A stretch of DNA of 64,000 bases from an uncultured Candidatus Saccharibacteria bacterium (GTDB lineage Bacteria; Patescibacteriota; Saccharimonadia; CAILAD01; GCA-016700035), in NCBI GenBank assembly GCA_964583675.1, contig CAZOVH010000003.1, positions 12,167 to 76,166 of the forward strand, read 5' to 3'. Every line of letters begins with the position of its first letter. The stretch's first letter is position 1. The position numbers and the translations under genes were made by a program. The notes beneath the pieces were generated by a model. The model ran no database searches. It was not told where the DNA came from and saw only the letters and a list, made by a program, of their open reading frames with translations. Below, in pieces: positions 1 through 9,142 of the stretch.

Positions 1-434
1 GTACCCCCGCACCAATTGCGGCCGCCACAGGCTCACGAATAATATGGGCTTTTTTAGCACCCGCCGCTAAAGCCGCATCAATCACAGCGCGGCGCTCGGT
101 AGAAGTTACTCCCGCAGGTACCGAAATCATCAATTCTGGGCGACTCAAGCGAATCGTGCCCGAAACTCGGTCAATAAAGTGCTTGAGCATGGCCTGGGTG
201 ATACGATAATCAGCAATCACACCATCGCGCAATGGTCGACTCGCAGTAATGACATCTGGCGTGCGCCCCAGCATTTCTTTGGCTTCGTTACCAATGGCGA
301 CAATGCGATTATCATCAACCGATACCGCCACCACGCTCGGCTCGTTAGCAACAATACCCTTTTTTGGTATGTACACTAAAGTGTTGGCTGTACCAAGATC
401 AATGGCAATTCGACGTTTAATCATAGCTTCCATT
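1..434 (-). CDS. mreB: Rod shape-determining protein MreB (actin-like ATPase), N-terminal part only; the gene runs off the window start
   Basis: Reverse translation from 434 downward gives MEAMIKRRIAIDLGTANTLVYIPKKGIVANEPSVVAV...GNEAKEMLGRTP..., the standard MreB N-terminus. A second full mreB sits at 37311-38381. Confidence 0.85.
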
Positions 435-520
435 GTATAGAAAAACATCGCTTCACTCCAGATAGCAAAAAACCGCTGTTTAATACAGCTTTTCTGCTAT
501 AATTTAGGCCACTGAGGCAG

Positions 521-1990
521 ATGCCCACACGTCCTATGAAGATTTCAAAAAAAACCCGTGATATTCTCGCCTATTTAATTGGAGGTACCGTAGTTGTTGC
601 CGGTACCCTTTTACTTGTAGCCATCGCCAATGGCTGGCAGTACAACGTTGTTACTGGCGAGATTACTGAAACTGGCCTGATTCTTATGGGGAGTGAGCCA
701 AACGGCGCAACAATAACCCTCAATGACAAAGTTCTGCGCCAAAAAACCAATTACCGATATTCATCTGCGCCGGTTGGCGAATACACTATTCGCTACGAAA
801 AAGATCAGTTCCGCCCCTGGACAAGTGTCACTTCAGTACAAGCCGGACAAGTAACTTTCTCGGACCACGCCTGGCTGATTCCAAACAACATCCCACAAAG
901 AAATCGCTACGAAAGCTTGCAGATATCTCAAGCCTACCAAACAGAAGATCGTAAGCGTTTTATCTTGGTTGATAGTACCCAACCAAGCAGCCCATTACTT
1001 TATACATCAACCGACCTCAAACGCCCGCCAGTAGTACTCCTCACCAATAATCAGCTTTCGGCAGCGGCCGGAGGTCCTGTCACTCAGCTAGACAGCCTAC
1101 AGTTCTCCGATGATGCAAGTCAGATGCTATTTCGAGTTAGCACCGAAGGTGGTAGTGTCGCGTGGCTAACAGCCGGTGCTGCTCCAGCGAGTCAGCCAAC
1201 AATCACGAACCTTACACAGACCCTCCTCTTCAACCCGACCTGGATAAGCTGGGTACCACGAGGAAATAACGAAATTTCCTACATCGAAAAAGGCACACTC
1301 CGACGCGTCCAAATCCGTGAAAAAAACATCTCAGAAGCTCTCGCCGAAAATGTAATCTCAGCTCGCTGGTCGGAAGAATGGCTCGTATATGTAAGCGCTC
1401 AAACAGCCGCCAATCAGCCAGCTACGACCACTCAAAAGCTCTTTATCCGGCCAATCGATGCCAGCTCAAATAACGAAATCGCCACGCTACCACTCAATGG
1501 TCAGTCATTTGAAACTCGCTACATTCGAGCGCTGGATCGCGATTATATTGCACTCCTCAACAAAGATACAAGGATCCTCACCCTCTACACTGGAATATTG
1601 CGTAATCCAGGTAACCGCACCGCAAGCGCCATTGGTCGCAATGTAAGCGCCATAACCGTTAGTCCAAATAATCGGTTTCTTACCCACAATGCGAGCGACC
1701 AAATGGTAACGCTCGACTTTGAACGCTTTAAGCGCTATAGGGCCAACACCTCGCTAGAAGGATTGACTGACTGGGCTTGGATGAATGACCAGCATCTGGC
1801 TCTTAAGCTGGGAACAAATCTCAAACTTGTCGACTACGACGGCCAAAACAGTGAACTCATCGCCGACTCACTCCTACTCAGCTCGCCCATTTTATTCTCA
1901 GAGAACAAGACATTGCTCAATATCACCGCACAAGATACAAAATTGCTCTTTACTCAGTCATACATTGATCCCGAAAAATTCACAGAATAA
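521..1990 (+). CDS. Membrane-anchored PEGA-domain protein, function unknown
   Basis: 489-aa ORF with an N-terminal TM helix (LAYLIGGTVVVAGTLLLVAIA). It has a PEGA-like segment (SEPNGATITLNDKVL...GEYTIRYEKDQFRPW) and a long Ser/Thr/Asn-rich extracytoplasmic part, and is followed by a terminator. Confidence 0.5.
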   Translation: MPTRPMKISKKTRDILAYLIGGTVVVAGTLLLVAIANGWQYNVVTGEITETGLILMGSEPNGATITLNDKVLRQKTNYRYSSAPVGEYTIRYEKDQFRPWTSVTSVQAGQVTFSDHAWLIPNNIPQRNRYESLQISQAYQTEDRKRFILVDSTQPSSPLLYTSTDLKRPPVVLLTNNQLSAAAGGPVTQLDSLQFSDDASQMLFRVSTEGGSVAWLTAGAAPASQPTITNLTQTLLFNPTWISWVPRGNNEISYIEKGTLRRVQIREKNISEALAENVISARWSEEWLVYVSAQTAANQPATTTQKLFIRPIDASSNNEIATLPLNGQSFETRYIRALDRDYIALLNKDTRILTLYTGILRNPGNRTASAIGRNVSAITVSPNNRFLTHNASDQMVTLDFERFKRYRANTSLEGLTDWAWMNDQHLALKLGTNLKLVDYDGQNSELIADSLLLSSPILFSENKTLLNITAQDTKLLFTQSYIDPEKFTE

Positions 1991-2022
1991 AAAACGCCTT
2001 CAAGTATGTGAAGACGTTTTTT
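1991..2022. terminator. Hairpin with flanking A and T runs between the PEGA gene and tRNA-Leu (bidirectional terminator candidate)
   Basis: The sequence aaaacgCCTTCAagtatgTGAAGacgtttttt has a 7/8 bp stem plus a T-run. Confidence 0.5.
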
Positions 2023-2108
2023 GGTGCCAGAGGTGGGACTCGAACCCACACGCAGTTGCCCGCACACGATTTTGAGTCGTGCGTGTCTACCAGTTCCACC
2101 ACTCTGGC
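2022..2108 (-). tRNA. tRNA-Leu, anticodon CAA, with CCA encoded
   Basis: The reverse complement folds as a cloverleaf: acceptor GCCAGAG/CUCUGGC, anticodon loop CUCAAAA (CAA), a long variable arm typical of class II Leu, T-loop GGTTCGAGTCC, then discriminator A plus CCA. Confidence 0.85.
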
Positions 2109-2153
2109 TCAATCTGTTAGAAAGGGTGCGGATGTATTATAATACGATAGACT

Positions 2154-3434
2154 ATGTCTACACCATACCCTAATGACAAAAATGATGAGTCAGCGAATCC
2201 AGCCAAGCAGCATGGAACGCTGAATTTTAGTGATCTTTCCAACTCTACCCCGGCACCAAAGCCGATGAGTTTTCCGGAAGCCCCAACCCAACCAGATCCA
2301 CCTACCAGTAAACCCACAACACCTCAAGCCACACCCGATATACCAGTATTTCGTAATCCTCAAGGCAACGCTCACAAAGTCGACTTAGCTGAAATTGGTG
2401 CCCCTGTTGAAACTCCACAACCGGTGTCCACACAGGCCCCAGCAGCGCTCCCAAAAATTCGCTTCAACCTTTCGCCCAATTTTGACACTTTCACCGCCCA
2501 CGGCTTACAGATAGAAAAAGAAAAAACCAAAGCCACCACGCTACTTGGCAAGATTGCCCTCAAGTTAAAGCTGAGCTCAATATTCTCTGGCAAAAATCTT
2601 CGCTACGCCGGAGTGGGTCTCGTTTCATTTGCAGTCTTCATGTTTGTTTTTAATTTTGGCACCATTGGCGTACAGCTCTGCTACCAAACAAAAATTGATG
2701 CTATCTGTAATGTTTTTGGCACCACTGCACCGCAAACAGCCACTGCACCCGTTGCCACACCGACTGTTTCACCCATTGCCTCTACAAATGCCGCTCAACC
2801 TATCGATTCGCCCGATGTGATCATTATTCCTAAGCTTAACGTTAACGCGCCAATTATTTTTGAACCATCTATTGCCGAAGAATCTATCCAAAATGCACTG
2901 CGTAATGGGGTTGTACATTACGCCGGCACAGCTCTACCAGGAGAGCCCAGCAATTCAGTTATTGTCGGACACTCTTCAAACGACTGGTGGGAGCCGGGTA
3001 ATTATAAGTTTGTCTTCGCGCTTCTTGAAAAACTTGAGCCAGGCGATCAAATTCAGGTGAATTACCAGAAAAAACGCTATGTCTATCAGGTTGCCGGCAA
3101 GAAAATTGTCGCCCCTACCGAAATTTCTGTCCTACAACCTACCACCGACCCTATTCTTACCCTTATCACCTGTACTCCACCCGGAACTAGCTGGAAACGA
3201 CTCATTATCACCGCCAATCAAATTGAACCTTCGCCGACTCGCCCCGAACAACAACCCCAAATTGCCGCTGCCGATAATACTAATGACGCCGCACTACCTG
3301 GAAACGCGCCATCATTCTTTGATCAAATCCTTCGGTTTATCGGTATGGGTGGAGATGAGTCTACAGGAGATACAGCTCCTACGCCGAACCCTTCGCAAAC
3401 ACCAGCCCGAAACTATCTCCCTGAAGCCGTCTAA
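2154..3434 (+). CDS. Sortase-family transpeptidase with a long N-terminal Pro/Thr-rich region and a TM helix
   Basis: The C-terminal domain has VIVGHSSNDWW...LTLITCTPPGTSWKRLII (TLXTC catalytic Cys motif) and the conserved His. An N-terminal TM segment (LVSFAVFMFVFNFGTIGV) is present. Confidence 0.8.
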   Translation: MSTPYPNDKNDESANPAKQHGTLNFSDLSNSTPAPKPMSFPEAPTQPDPPTSKPTTPQATPDIPVFRNPQGNAHKVDLAEIGAPVETPQPVSTQAPAALPKIRFNLSPNFDTFTAHGLQIEKEKTKATTLLGKIALKLKLSSIFSGKNLRYAGVGLVSFAVFMFVFNFGTIGVQLCYQTKIDAICNVFGTTAPQTATAPVATPTVSPIASTNAAQPIDSPDVIIIPKLNVNAPIIFEPSIAEESIQNALRNGVVHYAGTALPGEPSNSVIVGHSSNDWWEPGNYKFVFALLEKLEPGDQIQVNYQKKRYVYQVAGKKIVAPTEISVLQPTTDPILTLITCTPPGTSWKRLIITANQIEPSPTRPEQQPQIAAADNTNDAALPGNAPSFFDQILRFIGMGGDESTGDTAPTPNPSQTPARNYLPEAV

Positions 3435-4261
3435 GACAGTGCCCGCTTAATCTGAGCAGACCATACGTCTGAATCACCTATGGTGTTTTCACTGATAATA
3501 CTAAAAAGATAGTGTAGCACCCTCAGTCGCTCCTGTAATGCTACTCCGCGAGAACGAGCAAAGACTGTAACTGGCAATAAGGCTAACACCAAGTTTCGAG
3601 TCTGTTTTTGCAAGCCTTGCAGTGGCGTATGTATCAACATATCACTTGCAGGAATGTAACTATACAGGTTTACTGCGTCATACAGCATAACAAAATCATG
3701 TGGAAGCTGAAGACTCCGTAAAAATTCGGCTACTCCAAAAATTCCCCGCGCCTTAATGATCTTCTGCCCTTGGGCAAACTGCATTTTCTCAACGAGGTCT
3801 GTACTTGCCAGCCAAGTAATGTGGGTATTCTCCTGAATGCCCGAATCAATACTCCATAAAGAGAGAGCTTCATCTGTCAGTATTACCGGCACAGTAACAT
3901 TGGGCAGCAAACGAGCATACATTACCTGCTCGGTACTCGTAAGCTGCATATTCGGCCCCACAACCACCAAACCAGCGCTATCGATCAACTGCCAAGCTGT
4001 GAGCTCACGCTGTTTACGTATATCGCCATCCATTGAAGCTTGAGTAATCCCGCTGGGCAAAAAGCGCTCCACACCAGCCGGCACAACCAATGAAACCGGC
4101 AAGCGAAGAGCCTGCCAAACACCAAAGAGCTGTGAGATATCCGCGAAGCCACGCGAACTACCACCACAGAGCGTTATGCTAGTGCGGGTTGCCGGACCGA
4201 GGGCCAGGGCAAATAGGGCAGAATCATCTTCTAGCTTATCTACCTGCAAAATATGCGACAT
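3431..4261 (-). CDS. Divergent CofD/YvcK (UPF0052)-like protein; assignment is tentative
   Basis: Motifs CGGSSRG and VVVGPNMQLTS resemble the DDGGSSGR and GPGSLYTS motifs of YvcK/CofD. The N-terminal GGGTG P-loop is missing. Confidence 0.35.
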   Translation of the reverse strand: MSHILQVDKLEDDSALFALALGPATRTSITLCGGSSRGFADISQLFGVWQALRLPVSLVVPAGVERFLPSGITQASMDGDIRKQRELTAWQLIDSAGLVVVGPNMQLTSTEQVMYARLLPNVTVPVILTDEALSLWSIDSGIQENTHITWLASTDLVEKMQFAQGQKIIKARGIFGVAEFLRSLQLPHDFVMLYDAVNLYSYIPASDMLIHTPLQGLQKQTRNLVLALLPVTVFARSRGVALQERLRVLHYLFSIISENTIGDSDVWSAQIKRALS

Positions 4262-4282
4262 ATCCCTCCTAGTAAGTAAGAA

Positions 4283-4702
4283 TTAGACGAGTGCGTCAAC
4301 TGCGCGCAAATATGCACGCAAGACATCACCTTCGCAAATAGTGGCAAACTCTAGGCGCGCACTAGTTGTCATCAGGCTCATGTGGCTCTGCATATAAGCA
4401 TCGAAGTACATCTCAGCTTCACTGTCGTCAGTGAGTCCAAGATCTTTCCGTATCTTTTCAAGAAAAGTCGTATATGACACAGCATCCCCCTTAGGAACCG
4501 GTCGATGTAAGCCAAAGCGATTACCAAGCCGACGACGAGTCATACCTGGTAGGAGCTGTTGGGCGAATTCGCGCGAATCTGTGCCAAATAGCTCGAGCAC
4601 ATGTCGGTCGAGGACTTTCATCGCGTGAGCAGCTGTGCTCTCAGAGGCTACATTGGCATGTTGTTTTAATAGAATTGTGGCGTAATCGTGATGCATAATC
4701 AC
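4283..4702 (-). CDS. Hypothetical protein (139 aa)
   Basis: Compact ORF with native codon usage and no recognisable motif. Confidence 0.45.
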   Translation of the reverse strand: MIMHHDYATILLKQHANVASESTAAHAMKVLDRHVLELFGTDSREFAQQLLPGMTRRRLGNRFGLHRPVPKGDAVSYTTFLEKIRKDLGLTDDSEAEMYFDAYMQSHMSLMTTSARLEFATICEGDVLRAYLRAVDALV

Positions 4703-4730
4703 GAACTATACCATATTTATAATTTTTTGT

Positions 4731-4958
4731 CTAGTCTTTTTTGTCGGCGTCTTCAGTATTAGCGCTGACTTGAATCTCTTTTACTCGCAGCTGTGCCACT
4801 TCAAGCTGGCTTTTAAGCTTTGTAACTAGCTCACTACCACGCTCAAACGAACGTAGTGCCTCTTCTAAATCTACACCATCGCTCTCCAGCGACTGGGTAA
4901 TTCCCTCTAGCTCAGCGAGATCCTCACGAAAACTCGAGACTGGTTTGGGTTTCGTCAT
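4731..4958 (-). CDS. xseB: Exodeoxyribonuclease VII small subunit
   Basis: 75 aa with LEEALRSFERGSELVTKLKSQLEVAQ, typical of XseB. It overlaps the end of xseA. Confidence 0.85.
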   Translation of the reverse strand: MTKPKPVSSFREDLAELEGITQSLESDGVDLEEALRSFERGSELVTKLKSQLEVAQLRVKEIQVSANTEDADKKD

Positions 4959-6147
4959 CCATATCCTCCTTTCCTCGAAGCACCACTTCTATGGTGCCTT
5001 TATGTAATTGTACCAGAATCGGCACATTGGGCAGTACGTCAGCCGGCGCGTGCAAGACTTTCGTATCTTGCCGCACAATTGCGTAGCCACGAGCCAAAAT
5101 GCGTTCTGGATTCACACCGGCAAGTGTTCGTTGCGCCAAAGCCAAACGATACCCAAATGCATCCAAGCACCGATCGAGCGACCGCCGCATGCGCTCTTCA
5201 GCTCGTTCAATTTTATCGGCCAATTGAGCTATCAACCTTGACTGCTGGTGGCCAAACACTGTTATCACTCGCTCTACCCGCTCAAAATGAAGCCGGATAC
5301 CAGCGACGTTACGCTCGGCAAGTCGGTCAATCTGACTCGCAACCTCTCGTTTATCCGGGAAGAGTCGTCGAGCCGCGTCGGTTGGGGTCGAAGCCCGCAC
5401 ATCGGCTGCCAATTCAGCGAGGCTTACATCATCCTCGTGACCAATCCCGACGATGACCGGAATATGACTGGCATATACAGCCCTCACAACATCTTCGTGA
5501 TGAAAGGCCTGCAAGTCTTCAGCACTACCACCACCACGAATCAAGACGATCGCCTCCAGGTCCGGCCGTTCGTCGTTGAACTGTCGCAATGCCTGTACAA
5601 CATCGGTTGGCGCCTGCATCCCCTGGACATGCACATGTATATGCTCAACCTCCGTTACTGGCCAACGATCCTGAGCGATAGTTATAAAATCATTGTAAGC
5701 AGCTGCATCCCGGCTTGTGATAAGCCCAATTTTCTGCGGATACTCCGGCAAACTTCGCTTGCGCGCGACGTCAAACAACCCCTCTTTTTCAAATTGCGCC
5801 TTAAGTAACTCATATGCCCGCATGACTTCGCCCTCACCCGCCAGCTCAACCTCTTTCACAGTAAGAGAGAACTTACCCCATTTTGTAAGATTTGGCGTTG
5901 CAGCAACCCGAACCAGCATCCCATCTTCGAGCACTGTTTTAAGCTGATACTTTGTCATAAAACAGCTGATTGTAGTCTCGCTGTCTTTGAGATCGAAGAA
6001 GACCCACTTACCCTGATTAATCCGAAAACCAGAAATTTCACCCTCGACTACCACCAGAGGGTAAGCATAACTCAAAGTTTGATTAACAAACTCACGTAAC
6101 TCGGTGACTGATAGAACTTCTTCAGACACTCGTCTTCTCCTCATCAT
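4924..6147 (-). CDS. xseA: Exodeoxyribonuclease VII large subunit
   Basis: 407 aa. N-terminal OB fold (LSVTELREFVNQTL...VVVEGEISGF) and catalytic core typical of XseA. Confidence 0.9.
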   Translation of the reverse strand: MMRRRRVSEEVLSVTELREFVNQTLSYAYPLVVVEGEISGFRINQGKWVFFDLKDSETTISCFMTKYQLKTVLEDGMLVRVAATPNLTKWGKFSLTVKEVELAGEGEVMRAYELLKAQFEKEGLFDVARKRSLPEYPQKIGLITSRDAAAYNDFITIAQDRWPVTEVEHIHVHVQGMQAPTDVVQALRQFNDERPDLEAIVLIRGGGSAEDLQAFHHEDVVRAVYASHIPVIVGIGHEDDVSLAELAADVRASTPTDAARRLFPDKREVASQIDRLAERNVAGIRLHFERVERVITVFGHQQSRLIAQLADKIERAEERMRRSLDRCLDAFGYRLALAQRTLAGVNPERILARGYAIVRQDTKVLHAPADVLPNVPILVQLHKGTIEVVLRGKEDMDDETQTSLEFS

Positions 6148-7138
6148 CGAGAACTTGGCGTTTGTAAAACCACAAGCCCACAGGAATAAATAGCCAGAGC
6201 GCCATCAAGCGATAAATAGTTGTCACAGAAAACGCCAGGCCGAACGGCACGCCCAATGCAACCTCTACCGCTACCATTGTGGCTTCATACATACCTACTC
6301 CAGATGTGAAAAATGATAATGATGACATTAAAAGTGCAAAAACGTATGCCGCACCAACCATGCCTGGATTCACCACTTGTCCGAATGCTAAAAACACGAT
6401 AAAGATACTCAAGACCTCAAACATAATACACAGCAGAGCATCGCTTAATGGCCGCAAAGCCCGCCGCGGATCCTTGGCAAAGAGCTCAATCAGGGTACGG
6501 TAACCATCCACAAACTGGGTAGTTTGGCGCTCGCCAATTTTACCTTTGCGTAATAATTTGAGTACCCAGTTAATCGGTCTAGTAGCGTAAAAAAGTACCC
6601 GCTCAAACAAATGCGGGTTAAGCGTCATGGCGATAACACAGAAAGCTACAAACAATAAGAGACTTACGACAATAAGTATCAAGCGATAACTCACCTGAAT
6701 AATCGATTGCGAGAAAAACAAAACCAGAAAACTTATTGCCAAAACTACTACCAAACTCAAAAACGTTGCAATATACCAGAAGAACTGCGCAATAAACGAC
6801 TGTTTCTGCGAGATCTTCGACCGAAAAATTTGGGCAAAATATGCCGCGCCAGACACTCCACCGGTTGGTACGACGGTGTTTACAAAATTCATACTCACAA
6901 CACCTTCGAACAAACGCCAAAACGGGATGCGCTTCTTGTAGAGTCCGCTAAAGAAATGATCATAAAACCGCGTGCTCGCCCAATAATAACCAAACCGCAC
7001 TGGAAGTACCAAAAGTAGCACCCAGATATTTAGTTCTTTCATGAGCGCTATAAATTGCTGAAGCTGGCCGGCATTACGCAAGAATAACAACCCCAAGAGT
7101 ACTAACGCCACGAAAAATACGAAATGACGTAACTTCAT
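6122..7138 (-). CDS. Polytopic membrane protein, flippase-like (lysylphosphatidylglycerol synthase TM-region / UPF0104-like)
   Basis: About 8 predicted TM helices with Gly-rich loops. Family assignment comes from overall pattern only. Confidence 0.4.
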   Translation of the reverse strand: MKLRHFVFFVALVLLGLLFLRNAGQLQQFIALMKELNIWVLLLVLPVRFGYYWASTRFYDHFFSGLYKKRIPFWRLFEGVVSMNFVNTVVPTGGVSGAAYFAQIFRSKISQKQSFIAQFFWYIATFLSLVVVLAISFLVLFFSQSIIQVSYRLILIVVSLLLFVAFCVIAMTLNPHLFERVLFYATRPINWVLKLLRKGKIGERQTTQFVDGYRTLIELFAKDPRRALRPLSDALLCIMFEVLSIFIVFLAFGQVVNPGMVGAAYVFALLMSSLSFFTSGVGMYEATMVAVEVALGVPFGLAFSVTTIYRLMALWLFIPVGLWFYKRQVLDDEEKTSV

Positions 7139-7196
7139 ACTTCTATACTACGGGGTTTGATTCAATTTTGCGACCGCAATCTACTTCAGCAATGCT

Positions 7197-8357
7197 ATGA
7201 TGAACTACATGAAATGGTTTGCATTATTAGGGCGCGAAAAATCAGTTGTTCGCGCCGAACTAGCCAGCGTGACAGCACCAGATGCAGTACAGTTTGTTGA
7301 CTCTATCGCAATCGGTACGGCGACGCCTCCAAAATGGGACACCCTTGGAGGCGCAGTGAGGGCTGGCACCATCGTAGCTGAAGCCGCCAGTAAAGCAGAA
7401 CTCATAACCAGCTTCATCGCATCACTCCCAGCACCTCCAGCTGCAGGCAAGGTAAGCCTCGGACTTTCAAGCCCGTCACTCTCTCCTCGTGACATAAAAA
7501 ATTTTGGAAAATCCCTAAAAGAAGAGTATGCATCGCGAAAGGGCAAACGACCACGTATCGTATTTCCGCAAAATGGAACGTTCTTGAACGCCGGCCACTT
7601 ACAGGGAAGCCGCCTACTTACTCCACCAAATCACGAAGTTTTTGTCATGCATCATGGCGCTGTCTGGCTGGCTGGAGTAACCAACTGGCAGCAAAATATT
7701 CAACACTACACCAAACGAGATCGAGAACGCCCTGCTCGCGATGCCCGGGTAGGGATGCTACCGCCAAAGCTCGCTCAGAGCATGCTCAATTTAGCGAACG
7801 TAGCTTCAGATAGTCATGTGCATGATCCTTTCTGCGGCACAGGCGTTATCTTGACCGAAGCTCTCTTGAAGGGTGTCAATATATCCGGTAGCGATGCCGC
7901 ACCAGACATGGTTCGAGCAACAAAAGAAAATGTTGACTGGATGCAAGGTCAGATTAGCGAACAAAAAAAGCCCACTGAAATTTTCCAGGCTGACGCTCAA
8001 ACTGTCCGACTCCCCCAACAAACAACTCATATTGTGAGCGAGGGCTACCTCGGTAACCCAGACCTTCGAGATGTCACCGAAAAACGCCTACAAGAGGAGG
8101 CGAATAATCTTTTACCGCTCTATCGCAACTTTTTTGCAAATATGTCACAGTTTCCTAGACCACTCACCATCGTCTTTGCCCTACCGGTTTGGTTCTCCTC
8201 AAGTACGCAACAACCAATCTACCTACCTATCCTTGACGATTTACCAGATATGGGGTATACTGTTGAACAGTTTGCGCCAGATTCAGCTTCAATGCTAATT
8301 TATCGACGATCACACCAAACCGTCGGGCGCGCAATTATCAAGCTTAGGAAAGGATAG
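7197..8357 (+). CDS. SAM-dependent methyltransferase of the UPF0020 / RlmL-Trm11-like family
   Basis: [17 protein letters not shown]-binding motif, and downstream acidic/aromatic residues typical of N6-adenine/N2-guanine RNA methylases. Confidence 0.6.
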   Translation: MMNYMKWFALLGREKSVVRAELASVTAPDAVQFVDSIAIGTATPPKWDTLGGAVRAGTIVAEAASKAELITSFIASLPAPPAAGKVSLGLSSPSLSPRDIKNFGKSLKEEYASRKGKRPRIVFPQNGTFLNAGHLQGSRLLTPPNHEVFVMHHGAVWLAGVTNWQQNIQHYTKRDRERPARDARVGMLPPKLAQSMLNLANVASDSHVHDPFCGTGVILTEALLKGVNISGSDAAPDMVRATKENVDWMQGQISEQKKPTEIFQADAQTVRLPQQTTHIVSEGYLGNPDLRDVTEKRLQEEANNLLPLYRNFFANMSQFPRPLTIVFALPVWFSSSTQQPIYLPILDDLPDMGYTVEQFAPDSASMLIYRRSHQTVGRAIIKLRKG

Positions 8358-8367
8358 ATCAAGCAGT

Positions 8368-8652
8368 ATGTCAAAGACTAAAGCCGGCGGCTCTACTAAA
8401 AACGGTCGCGATTCACGTTCAAAACGCCTTGGCGTTAAGCTTTTCGGTGGCCAAGAAGTTACTACGGGCGACATTATTGTACGCCAGCGTGGTAATAAGT
8501 ACGAAGCTGGGGAAAACACCTTTCTCGGTAAAGACTACACCATTCATGCAGCCACAGAAGGCCAAGTGAGCTTCCGTCAAACTCGTAAGACTCTATTTTC
8601 TGGTGCTAAGCGACGCAAAACTGTCGTTTTTGTAACCCCAACCGAAGCGTAG
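8368..8652 (+). CDS. rpmA: 50S ribosomal protein L27
   Basis: [34 protein letters not shown] is the canonical L27 signature. Confidence 0.92.
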   Translation: MSKTKAGGSTKNGRDSRSKRLGVKLFGGQEVTTGDIIVRQRGNKYEAGENTFLGKDYTIHAATEGQVSFRQTRKTLFSGAKRRKTVVFVTPTEA

Positions 8653-8665
8653 AGTCGCCCATACT

Positions 8666-8694
8666 AAAAAAAGCCCCGAGAAGGGGCTTTTTTT
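8666..8694. terminator. Bidirectional rho-independent terminator between rpmA and the convergent response-regulator gene
   Basis: The sequence aaaaaaAGCCCCgagaaGGGGCTttttttt has a GC stem flanked by A and T runs. Confidence 0.7.
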
Positions 8695-8706
8695 AGTATA
8701 CAGTCC

Positions 8707-9138
8707 TTACGCAGCAGACTTCTGGTCTGTGGATGGCGCCGAAGAATCAGCTCCTTTTACCATGCCAAGATGCTTACGGACAATATGCACCACATCAGCC
8801 ATCGCCACCTGACTTTTAACCAAGTAATCATCAACTCCAAGCGCCTTAGCTTTAGCGATATCTTTATCACTAGAAAGCGCAGACATCATAATAATTTTAG
8901 CGTGCTGAGTTTGTGGGGTATTGCGTAAGATATCCAAAACATCAAAACCAGATACACGAGGCATCATAACGTCTAGCAAAATCAAGTCGGGCTTTGACTC
9001 AACTACTCGAGCTAGTGCATTTTCACCATTCTCTGCCCAGGCCGTATTAAAGCCCTCAGCTTCAAAGCGAGCACGATATACGCTCGCGAGCTCAGCATCA
9101 TCTTCTACAAGTAAAATGGTTGGTGTCTTATCGGTCAT
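8707..9138 (-). CDS. Stand-alone response-regulator receiver domain (CheY-like)
   Basis: ILLVEDD...DLILLDVMMP...MSAL..D...K are the phospho-acceptor Asp and conserved receiver residues. There is no output domain. Confidence 0.8.
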   Translation of the reverse strand: MTDKTPTILLVEDDAELASVYRARFEAEGFNTAWAENGENALARVVESKPDLILLDVMMPRVSGFDVLDILRNTPQTQHAKIIMMSALSSDKDIAKAKALGVDDYLVKSQVAMADVVHIVRKHLGMVKGADSSAPSTDQKSAA

Positions 9139-9142
9139 ACTG

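Noticed and set aside
5008-5947. Plus-strand ORFs antisense to xseA (5079-5456, 5248-5808, 5717-5947)
   Set aside because: They are embedded in a well-conserved minus-strand gene and have no independent signals.
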